From assembly GCA_038133845.1 (NCBI GenBank), contig JAYPUA010000007.1, forward strand, positions 7,042 to 71,041: 64,000 nt of DNA, written 5' to 3'. This document shows positions 9,254 to 20,910 of the stretch, piece by piece. Made by a program: the position numbers and the translations under genes. Source of the DNA: Deltaproteobacteria bacterium (GTDB lineage: Bacteria > SAR324 > NAC60-12). The notes under the pieces were generated by a model. It made no database searches and was not told the origin of the DNA. It worked only from the letters and a program-made list of their open reading frames with translations. Each line of letters begins with the position of its first letter. Positions within the stretch are counted from its first letter, which is position 1.

Positions 9254-10596
9254 TCACTTCCTGGGCTTGGTGTGGGACTTGCGCTTGCGCCAGATGATCT
9301 TCAGCGGAGAGCCATTGAAGCCGAAGTGATGCCGGAATTGATTGACGATATAGCGATCGTAGGCGAAGTTGGTCTTCTCCGGATGGTTCGTCATCAGCAC
9401 GAATGTGGGAGGAGCGACCGCTACCTGGCTTGCGAAGTAGACCTTGGTCTGGCGGCCGTACATGGAGGGAGGGGGATGCTTGCTGACCGCCAGCCCCAGC
9501 ACGGTGTTCAGGTCTGCGGTCTGAATACGTCGATGGAACTGCTCGTGGACCTGGAGGATGGCCTCGAACACCTTGGGCACTCGCTGGTGAGTCAGAGCAC
9601 TTGTGAAAACGATCGGAGCAAAATCGAGGAACGCCAGCCGATCCCGGATCTCCTGCTCCTGGAGCTTCATCGTCTTGCTGTCCTTTTCCACCAGATCCCA
9701 CTTGTTGACTACCAGGATCAAAGCCCGGTCTCGCTCCAGCGCGTAGCCCGCGATGTGAGCGACCTGGTCGGTCACTCCTTCGGTCGCGTCGATCACCAGC
9801 ACAGCGACCTCAGCCCGCTCCATGGCCTTGAGCGCAGAGACGACACTGAAGCTCTCGACGCGCTGGCTGATGCGTCCCTTGCGCCGGATGCCTGCGGTGT
9901 CCACCAGCAGAAAGTCCTTCCCGTGAAAGCGGCACAGGGAGTCCACGGAGTCCCGAGTGGTGCCTGCAACAGAGTCTACCACCATGCGCTCCTCGCGCAG
10001 CATCGCATTGATCAGGGAGGACTTTCCGGCGTTAGGCTTGCCGATCACCGACACCCGAATCTGCTCGTCCTCCTCCGGAGCCTTGCGTGTTCGCAACGGC
10101 ACCCAGAAGTCGATCTCCTTGAGCATCTCGGAAATTCCGGTGTTGTGCTGTGCGGAGATCGCAAAGAACCGCTCCACACCAAGGGAGTAGAACTCCACAC
10201 TTTGCTCTTCCAGGCGGGAGCTGTCCGCCTTGTTGGCAGCAACAATCAATGGCTTCTTCGATTGGCTCAGAATCCGGTAAGTCTCTTCGTCTGCTGGAGT
10301 GAGGCCTTCTCGGGCGTCAACCAACTGGATGATGGCATCCGCTTCCTCCACCGCGAGCAAGGCCTGCTCGCGCATCTGACGCAGAATGTTGCTCTCAGAG
10401 ATCGGTTCGAACCCTCCGGTGTCGATCGCGAGGAAGCGGTAGGAGTCATACTTGGCCATCCCGTAGTTGCGATCCCGGGTGACTCCGGGGAAGTCCTCGA
10501 CAATCGCCGCGCGACGCCCAACCAACCGGTTGAAGAGTGTGGACTTGCCCACATTCGGTCGCCCCACGATGGCGACGACCGCAGGTCCTTTTGCCA

Positions 10597-10597
<1 letters not shown>
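9254..10597 (-). CDS. der: GTPase Der (EngA), double GTPase-domain ribosome assembly factor
   Basis: Two G domains (GRPNVGKSTLFN and GKPNAGKSSLIN) and a KH-like C-terminus. Its start ATG overlaps the gyrB stop by 1 nt. Confidence 0.9.
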
Positions 10598-14122
<3,525 letters not shown>

Positions 14123-14129
<7 letters not shown>

Positions 14130-15238
14130 TCAATTCGCAAAGGCATGATCACCGAGAGGAAGTCGTCCTTCTCCACATCCCGGATCACCGTGGGGCTCAT
14201 GGGGTTCTTGAACTCCAGCTTCACACTCTCCTCCTCCATGACCGAGAGGACGTCCATCAGGTAGCGCGAGTTGAAGCCGATCTGAAAGTCTTCAGCAGCG
14301 TACTCGACCTGCAGCTCGTCGCTGACCTCTCCATAATCGGTCTTCTCGCTCTCCAGAAGCATCTTCCCGGAGCTGAGCGTGAGCTTGACCGGACGCAGCT
14401 TCTCAGCACTGATGGACGAGACGATCCGCAGGGAGTTCATCAGCCGTTCACGGTCCAGGCTGCAGATCAGGGCGTTGTCCTTGGGAATGATCGGGTCGCA
14501 GTTTGGGAACTTGCCCTCGATCAGCCGGGTCTTGTAGACAATGTTCTCTCCAGAGAACTGCATTACCCGCTCGTCGAACGAGACATCAACCCGCTCTCCG
14601 AAAAGCTCCAGGGAGCGTCGGACTTCTCCCAAGGCCTTCCTGGGGATGATCACGTCTTCCACGTCCCCCATCTCCAGCGAATCGACTGAGATCAGGATCT
14701 GAGCCAGCCGGTGTCCATCCGTAGCCAGCCAGCGCGTTGCACCGGATTTTGCGGACAGGTTCACGCCCATCAGGTTCCGGCGAGACTCATTCGTCTGGGC
14801 CGCAAACAGCGTCATGTCTATGGCTCGCTTCAGGTCGTTTGTCGAAATGCTGACCTTCCCCGAGAGGTCCTCAACCAGCGTTTGCGGATAGAGACCGACA
14901 TCCACGGAAGGAAGCCGTAGCTGAGACTTCCCACAGCTGACGTGAATCCAAAGCTGCTCCGTAGACTGAATCCGGACCTCCTCCTCCACAAACTCCTTGC
15001 TGATGTCGTACATCTTCCGGGCGTTGACACACATGCTTCCTTCGGCACGGACTTCGGCCGGGAAGCGCTCAATCAGGGAGAGCTCATGGTCTGTTGCCAG
15101 AAACTCAACCATGTTCTGATCCGGGATTGTGCGCATCAGAAAGTTGGAGAGGATCGGCTTGGCAGAGCTTTTGTCAATAACAGGGATCAGGTTCTGCAAG
15201 GCTCCCTTGAGTACTTCCTGTTTAATTAGAATTTCCAT
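14123..15238 (-). CDS. dnaN: DNA polymerase III beta sliding clamp
   Basis: 371 aa with the three-domain beta-clamp pattern, C-terminal ...MPLRIEW (full length and the standard dnaN-recF-gyrB synteny also support the call). RBS AAGGAA lies upstream. Confidence 0.9.
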
Positions 15239-15483
15239 GGTTCCTTGTTTTCTAGTTTTAGTAGGGGCTGTCGATGGTGTTGAAAAGTCTGCAAATCATT
15301 GAAATGTAATTCAGTTTTAGAATACTTGGCTTTTGAAGCTTTGTTGATTTCAACAGGTGAGGTCTCACAAGATACCAAATCGACTACAAAAACCCAATAC
15401 CTGCTCCCGGGGGTGTCGATAAATTTTCGAAAGCCTGTCGAAAAAACTGCAGATTTGTTGAAAACCAATTCAACAGTTTGATC
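15239..15483. promoter_or_regulatory. AT-rich intergenic region upstream of dnaN with several short inverted repeats (dnaN promoter, possible DnaA-box-like sites)
   Basis: Visibly AT-rich relative to flanking CDS. TGTTGAttTCAACA at 15342-15355. GTTGAAaaccaaTTCAAC at 15457-15474. TGTCGATAA at 15414-15422 is one mismatch from the DnaA box TGTGGATAA. TGTCGAAAA at 15436-15444. Confidence 0.4.
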
Positions 15484-16134
15484 TTATTGAGAAATCCAGG
15501 TTCCAGTGACCACCAGGTCCGAAAGCAGCATCCAACGCCCCTGGCCAGAAAACCCTTGCGGGTAGACTCCGGAGAGATCCCGAAGGAGGGTGAAGTGAAA
15601 GGTGCGCTCCTGAAACATCACTTCGGCATCCTGGAAGCCAATCGTTTGAAGCACCTGAGGAAAGAGGCACTTGTAGATCGACTCCTTGGCCGAGAAGATC
15701 AGTTTGAGCCGGAGGTCTCGTGCGGTTTCAGGGAGGTGTTCCAAAAGCACTTCTTCTGCCGGAGTGCAGACGTGTCGGGAGATTCCGGGAGCGATGAGAC
15801 GACTCTGTGACTCCAGATCCAGACCAACTCCCCGGAAACTCCGGGAAGGCGCCAGCACCGCAGCGGCCACTTTCGAGGTGTGAGTGATGCTCCCCACCAC
15901 CTCCGTGGGCCAGAGAGGAGCACCGGTTTCCGGATCCCGGGAAAGCGGCCCTAACTCCAGTCCTAGCTGAAGAGCCGCCTGGCGCGCGCAGTAGCGACCT
16001 GTCAGGAACTCCTGCCTGCGTGAAGCGGAGGTTGCAGCCGAGATCGCTTGCAGTTCAAAGGGGTGGGGGGGGGCAGAAGAAGGGATCCCGGACCAGCACA
16101 AGCCGGTCCCGGGAGGAAAAAGGTTGGGGACCAC
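15484..16134 (-). CDS. 4'-phosphopantetheinyl transferase (Sfp/EntD type)
   Basis: GVGLDLE and FSAKESIYK motifs. GTG start immediately after the stop of the upstream OMP gene. Confidence 0.7.
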   Translation of the reverse strand: MVPNLFPPGTGLCWSGIPSSAPPHPFELQAISAATSASRRQEFLTGRYCARQAALQLGLELGPLSRDPETGAPLWPTEVVGSITHTSKVAAAVLAPSRSFRGVGLDLESQSRLIAPGISRHVCTPAEEVLLEHLPETARDLRLKLIFSAKESIYKCLFPQVLQTIGFQDAEVMFQERTFHFTLLRDLSGVYPQGFSGQGRWMLLSDLVVTGTWISQ

Positions 16135-16740
16135 TCAGAAAGCGAACTGGAGGCCAACCGTGGTCATGCCGCCGGTGTAGTTGCGCTCCTCGATGTTGTA
16201 CTGGGTGGCGACGTTGCTGGCGTATCCGGAGCCCTTGAGCAGGTCAACCTTGGCCATCGAGAACGCATGATAGCCCAAGTGAAACTCGATGAAGCTCCAA
16301 AGCGGCAGCCCGATCCGGATGAACCCTTCACTCAAGGGCACACTCTGAACTCCCTCTCCGGTGAGGTTCGTTCCCCCGTACTCGTTGGTGATCGAAGCAG
16401 ATCCCAGACCAAAGCCCAGCGCCATGGAGACCACGGGGAACGGAACATGGTAGAACAGATGATAGCTCTGAATCGCCATGGTCGTAGTGATCGTCGCCCG
16501 GTTGTTCGAGCTGTCGTAGTAGCTGGCCTCATCATCCTTGAAACGCAAGGTGCTGTAGCCCAGGTTGGGAACAAAGGGGACCGGGTGAGTGATGCCAACG
16601 CTCCCACCGCTCACCGTGCTTTGCGACATCGTGTAGCCGATGGCGCTGTCCACGCTGAAGCCAATGAATTGAGCATGGCTACTCGCAGCGCCCCCAAGAA
16701 TCAGGGCTCCCAGCAGCAAGGCTTTCCTGAGAATGTTCAT
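16135..16740 (-). CDS. Small outer-membrane beta-barrel protein (OmpW/OmpA-like 8-strand class), paralogue 1
   Basis: Signal peptide MNILRKALLLGALILGGAASSHAQ, alternating hydrophobic strands, C-terminal ...VGLQFAF. RBS GGAAAG. Confidence 0.65.
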   Translation of the reverse strand: MNILRKALLLGALILGGAASSHAQFIGFSVDSAIGYTMSQSTVSGGSVGITHPVPFVPNLGYSTLRFKDDEASYYDSSNNRATITTTMAIQSYHLFYHVPFPVVSMALGFGLGSASITNEYGGTNLTGEGVQSVPLSEGFIRIGLPLWSFIEFHLGYHAFSMAKVDLLKGSGYASNVATQYNIEERNYTGGMTTVGLQFAF

Positions 16741-16749
16741 CCGCTTTCC

Positions 16750-17283
16750 TCAGAATCCGATGCTGATGCCTACTCCGGCGACGTTTCCGCTGATATCATA
16801 CTCATCCGATCCAGACTTGGTTTTGATCTTCGAGTTGACCGACCGGTAGCTCACGTGAAAGTCCATGACCACGAACAGGGGGAGCCCCAAGCTGGCATAA
16901 ACCTGAGTTGCGGTTCCTGAATCATAAACTTGGGAACACGTTGCACAATCGAATTCGGTTGTTCCGGCGCCAACACCAATCGTCAGGTTGATGATCGGAA
17001 TCGGCAACAGGTAGAACAGGTCGTACATGGTCGTGTTAAGTTTGAGATCTCCATCACTCTTGATCGGAGTGTTGTAGTTCTCATAGCCGAGCCCCACCAG
17101 AATCGGGAGCTTTGCTGCAGCAAAGACACCGGAAGGCATCCCGTCAGATTCAACAACATCAGGATCTGAGAAGCTATGGCTGACGGGGACTCCGAGGCTG
17201 ACTGAGAAGAACTCCGCTGAAGCGCTTGAGGCAATGAACAGACTTCCCAACACAACAGTGAGGGCTGTGGCCAGTTTTTTCAT
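16750..17283 (-). CDS. Small outer-membrane beta-barrel protein, paralogue 2
   Basis: Signal MKKLATALTVVLGSLFIASSASA, C-terminal ...VGISIGF. RBS AGGAA. Similar architecture to the adjacent gene (GLGYxxY... and LFYxxP motifs shared). Confidence 0.65.
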   Translation of the reverse strand: MKKLATALTVVLGSLFIASSASAEFFSVSLGVPVSHSFSDPDVVESDGMPSGVFAAAKLPILVGLGYENYNTPIKSDGDLKLNTTMYDLFYLLPIPIINLTIGVGAGTTEFDCATCSQVYDSGTATQVYASLGLPLFVVMDFHVSYRSVNSKIKTKSGSDEYDISGNVAGVGISIGF

Positions 17284-17297
17284 GGTGATTCCTATTC

Positions 17298-17606
17298 TTA
17301 TTGGGATTCTTCCCGCCAGTCGTCAAAGCGACCCAATGGACGGGTGAAGGTGAATTCAAAGGGCTCTACCACCAAGGCGTCCCAAGCGTCTCCGGTGCTC
17401 CCGGAGGTCAGCGCAAACGGAAGCGCGACAACAAACACAGCTGAGGTCACCAGCGAAATTCCGAGGCTCAGAACCCTGAGAGGGAGGTCCGCCACCATTG
17501 ACATGGCTCCGGGACGTTCCCGTGGGGCCGCTTCGCTGGGACGGGTGAATGCAAGAAATGAGCAACATGCCAAGAAGATGACCAGAACTTTCCGGAATCG
17601 GTTCAT
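17298..17606 (-). CDS. Small secreted/membrane protein, hypothetical
   Basis: Start at the internal Met (MNRFRKVLVIFLACCSFLAFT...), which overlaps the xthA stop in an ATGA arrangement. Has a signal plus one TM segment. Confidence 0.4.
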   Translation of the reverse strand: MNRFRKVLVIFLACCSFLAFTRPSEAAPRERPGAMSMVADLPLRVLSLGISLVTSAVFVVALPFALTSGSTGDAWDALVVEPFEFTFTRPLGRFDDWREESQ

Positions 17607-18637
17607 GCGGTGGTCTCCAACTCGAAGGTGCACATGACGGGAGCGTGGTCCGAGGGTTTGGGCTGGGCCCGGTTGTCGAAATCGATCCAGCTGGATTTCA
17701 GACGGTTTGCCATCTCCAAGTTGCCGAAAACGTAGTCGATCCTCAAGCCTTCTCCGCGCTCGAAGCCTCGAGTTCGGAAATCCCACCAGCTGAACTGTCC
17801 TTGAGAGGGCTCTTTTCGTCGGAACAGATCTTCCAGCCCAAGTGCTTGAAGCATGGACATGCGGCTCAATTCATCTGGATGAAAGCTGACCTCTCCTCGC
17901 ATGGCTTCCACGGAGTAGACATCTCGCTCTTCCAGGGCAACGTTGAAGTCTCCCATCACCAGCACGTTGGTGTAGCTTTGCAATTCCTGCTGCAGCACCT
18001 GTTTCAGGTGTTCAAGAAACTCGAGCTTGTAGTGAAACTTTTCAGAACCCACCCGGCTTCCCTGAGGAACATAGACATTGATCATCCGGACTCCGGAGAT
18101 CGTGGCCCGAATCAGTCGGGCGTTCTCAGAATCCCAACCTTCCGGGAAGCCCCGGACCTCTTCAGAGATTGGATGTCGCGAGAGCAGGGCCACCCCGTTG
18201 TAGGTCTTCTGGCCAAGGTGAACGCTGTGATAACCAAGCGCCTGCAGTTCGGCAACAGGAAAGCGGTCTTCGGTGGTTTTGGTTTCTTGAAGCCCCACCA
18301 CCTCCGGCTTCTCGCTTTCAAGCCACTGCAGCATCAGGTTCCAGCGGGAGCGGATCGAGTTGACGTTCCAGGTTGCGACCTTGAAGGAAGATCCCTGCAT
18401 GGAGGCCCCGAGTCGAAGCTGGTCTCCTGGAAGCAGGCACGCTTCAGCGCTGAAGGGAACAGGTTCCGGTTCTTCAGTCCAGCGACGCAGAACCTGAAGA
18501 GAGCCAGCGCGCCAAGTTTGGTACAGTTCCGGAATGAGGAGTGAGGAAGGGAACTGCTTCAGCAGGGCTTCTGCGGAGACTCCCTGGTGAAGCTGTTCCC
18601 TCAGTGAGGACAGAGCCGCGTCAGCGGGCTCAGGCAT
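17603..18637 (-). CDS. xthA: Exodeoxyribonuclease III (XthA/APE family), possibly with a roughly 80 aa N-terminal extension
   Basis: The core starts at MQGSSFKVATWNVNSIR, with the EEP nuclease motifs (LQETK, GDFNV, SDHAPV). The ORF continues upstream for 80 aa of non-low-complexity sequence, so the start could be at 18637 or 18397. Confidence 0.8.
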   Translation of the reverse strand: MPEPADAALSSLREQLHQGVSAEALLKQFPSSLLIPELYQTWRAGSLQVLRRWTEEPEPVPFSAEACLLPGDQLRLGASMQGSSFKVATWNVNSIRSRWNLMLQWLESEKPEVVGLQETKTTEDRFPVAELQALGYHSVHLGQKTYNGVALLSRHPISEEVRGFPEGWDSENARLIRATISGVRMINVYVPQGSRVGSEKFHYKLEFLEHLKQVLQQELQSYTNVLVMGDFNVALEERDVYSVEAMRGEVSFHPDELSRMSMLQALGLEDLFRRKEPSQGQFSWWDFRTRGFERGEGLRIDYVFGNLEMANRLKSSWIDFDNRAQPKPSDHAPVMCTFELETTA

Positions 18638-18776
18638 CTGCTTGAGCAGACTCTTGCGAAAGCTGCTTGAGCAGGCTCAGGTTCTCCTGAACTTGCCGCT
18701 CACGCTGGAGCAGATTACGCTTGTTGGGAGTGTCTTTCTTCTTGCGACGGAGTTCCGTGCGTTGCTTGGGAGACAT
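18630..18776 (-). CDS. Small highly basic hypothetical protein (48 aa)
   Basis: MSPKQRTELRRKKKDTPNKRNLLQRERQVQENLSLLKQLSQESAQADA. Lies immediately upstream of xthA with an 8 nt overlap. No recognisable family. Confidence 0.25.
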   Translation of the reverse strand: MSPKQRTELRRKKKDTPNKRNLLQRERQVQENLSLLKQLSQESAQADA

Positions 18777-18860
18777 GCTTGCCTTTGTCAAGAGGATTGT
18801 AAATTGACCCAATGTACCAAACCTCTTTGAACTTGGCCACTTTTTTCTGAGATTTGAGTA

Positions 18861-19166
18861 ATGAGTGAACCGCAGAAGGATCCGTCTCTGGCTTCGCAGT
18901 TGGGGCGGTTGATGGACATGCCGATGACCGCGCGCCTGGTGCTGGGGAAGGCGGAGATGGAGATCGGGAAGATTCTTCACCTGGGGCAAGGCTCCGTGAT
19001 TCAGCTGGAGTCCACAGAGCGCTCTCCACTGGAGTTGTTCGTGGAGGATCGGAAGGTGGCCAGCGCGGAGGTGGTCACCCGGGAGAACGGGCTGCTTGCG
19101 GCTCGGATCATTGAGATCAACTCGGTAGAGAGCCGCTTCATGGGGTTGGCCCGCAAGGAGGGCTAA
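18861..19166 (+). CDS. FliN/SpoA-domain protein (flagellar motor switch / T3SS sorting-platform C-terminal domain), standalone
   Basis: The 101 aa sequence fits the FliMN_C/SpoA pattern: MPMTARLVLGKAEMEIGKILHLGQGSVIQL...ELFVEDRKVASAEVV...LAARII. Confidence 0.65.
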   Translation: MSEPQKDPSLASQLGRLMDMPMTARLVLGKAEMEIGKILHLGQGSVIQLESTERSPLELFVEDRKVASAEVVTRENGLLAARIIEINSVESRFMGLARKEG

Positions 19167-19175
19167 CCGCCTTCT

Positions 19176-19376
19176 CTAAGCCCAGAGGGCTCCGTCCACA
19201 TTGGGCTCATCAAGCCGGAACATCTTGATCAGTTCATTCCGATGATCCGGGCTCAACTGCTCTTCAACCAGCGCGAGTTGCTCTTCAATCAGCTCGTTGT
19301 CATAAGGAATCCTTCCACGCTTGATCACCTCATAGCCGATCAAGCGGATCGCGTTGTTCAGAATTGGAGCGTTCAT
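19176..19376 (-). CDS. Hypothetical small protein (66 aa)
   Basis: ORF convergent with the FliN-like gene. No recognisable motif. Confidence 0.35.
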   Translation of the reverse strand: MNAPILNNAIRLIGYEVIKRGRIPYDNELIEEQLALVEEQLSPDHRNELIKMFRLDEPNVDGALWA

Positions 19377-19458
19377 TGACCCTGTCTGTGCAGAAAATGG
19401 TTTTCAAAACTGGGAAAATCGTTTCACGGAATCTGAAAAATCTCAACCGGCAAAGCGG

Positions 19459-19734
19459 AGAAGTTCCGTGATCAAGCTCCTACTTCCAATCCTCCTGGTC
19501 CTGGGGCTCCGCTGGTTCTGGCGCAAGCGAGGCTGGAAGGAACGTTTTTCCCGATCCATCGACCTGATCTTGATGTTCTTGGGGGCCGTGTACGGTTCGG
19601 CCTTGGCCCTCTGGGGGCTGGGATTCGACCGGGAAGAGATCCCGTTCCTGGCCGTCATCTCCGGAATTGGGCTGCTGTTCGGGTTGGAGGTCCTCCTCCG
19701 GGGGATCGTCTATCTGCGGGAGAAAAGGGGGTAA
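19459..19734 (+). CDS. Small membrane protein, hypothetical
   Basis: GTG start preceded by GGAGAAG. Hydrophobic segments LLLPILLVLGL and LAVISGIGLLFGL. The longer ORF from 19354 would overlap the divergent gene. Confidence 0.35.
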   Translation, partial: RSSVIKLLLPILLVLGLRWFWRKRGWKERFSRSIDLILMFLGAVYGSALALWGLGFDREEIPFLAVISGIGLLFGLEVLLRGIVYLREKRG

Positions 19735-19868
19735 TTTGGGACTGCTGCTGGTTGCAATGGCCTTTGGGGCAATGGTGGCTCTCGGCCTCTGGGAGCGACG
19801 ACGCTCTCAGAAAAAATTCAGGGAAGCGTTACAAAAGTTGAGGGAAGTCGATGCGGTGACGGAGCCTC

Positions 19869-20126
19869 CTAATTCCGGCGCAGCTCCATCTTCAGAGACT
19901 TGAGTTCCTCAAGCATTTTGGCTCGCTTGGGAGGGACCGGTTGCTCTTGGGCCTGAGCCTGCCTCAACAGGGCTGCCACTGCCTTGGGTCGCGACAGGTT
20001 GTGCTGTCGCGCAAAGTCATCCAGTTGCTCCAGGACTGATTGAGGCAACCCCAGCAGGATCTTCTTGACGGGCTCCTGATACTCCTTTTTTCGTCCTGCT
20101 CCTTCTCTGTAGCCACCTCGAGGCAT
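19869..20126 (-). CDS. Ribbon-helix-helix (CopG/Arc-like) DNA-binding protein
   Basis: MPRGGYREGAGRKK... followed by KKILLGLPQSVLEQLDDFARQHNLSRPKAVAALL, a beta-strand-helix-helix pattern typical of RHH regulators. Start at the internal Met. Confidence 0.5.
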   Translation of the reverse strand: MPRGGYREGAGRKKEYQEPVKKILLGLPQSVLEQLDDFARQHNLSRPKAVAALLRQAQAQEQPVPPKRAKMLEELKSLKMELRRN

Positions 20127-20511
20127 GGATTCCGTACTAAAGAAATTCGGCAAGGTGCCGATAAGCAATACAAGAGGCACCCGGGGTCGTGGGGACCCTA
20201 GTGTCAGCAGATTCACCTTCTTCTGGAGCCCTCCATGAAAAAGACCACTGCAAGCTTCTTGCCGAATCGGCGCCTGGTTCACAGAATTCGCTGCTTCCAC
20301 CGACTCTCTCCGGAAGAGGTCATGGTCCGCAAAGGGTTCTGAAGCATTGGGTTATAGACAACTGAATAAGTATTGTCAATAATCATTCTTCGATCCAAAT
20401 CTGGGAGGCTCAGCATTGAAGAGACCTCCCAGGGGATCCCCCGATTGTTTTACGCTTGAGTAAATCGAAACCGGCCCTAGACTGCGTTTGCATGAATGAC
20501 GCTTCTAGAAT

Positions 20512-20808
20512 TTGGCTATGGAATCGAACCCCCACTTTGATGATCGCTACGATCGCCTCATCTCGATGAGCGAACGCCTCATCTCCATCAGTGAGCACCT
20601 CGTCCAGCAACATTCACGCGACCAGGAAGAGCGCCAGGAAATGCTGGAGTTGGTCCGGAATCTGGAGCATCTCCACTCACCAAAACCTTCGGCTTCTCCC
20701 GGGCTCGAAAGAGAGCCGGCACTGGAGGACTCTCTGCCCAGCGGAGCGGAATTTCTTCGAGAAAGTCCTCGCCCCAGACTCTCCCGTCTCTTTCTTCAGG
20801 GCGGCTGA
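20512..20808 (+). CDS. Hypothetical small protein in the serA upstream region (doubtful)
   Basis: 98 aa ORF with an internal RLISMSE/RLISISE repeat. It sits inside a 780 bp region with no strong gene, so it could be non-coding. Confidence 0.2.
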   Translation: MAMESNPHFDDRYDRLISMSERLISISEHLVQQHSRDQEERQEMLELVRNLEHLHSPKPSASPGLEREPALEDSLPSGAEFLRESPRPRLSRLFLQGG

Positions 20809-20910
20809 AGCCTTGTTCCTCAGGGTTTCTCTTCAGATTCAAACTTTATTCTCCCCCTGTTGTGTGGGATATTCAGAGTTTCTCCTAAACTCCCCCTTCA
20901 CGAACTGTCT

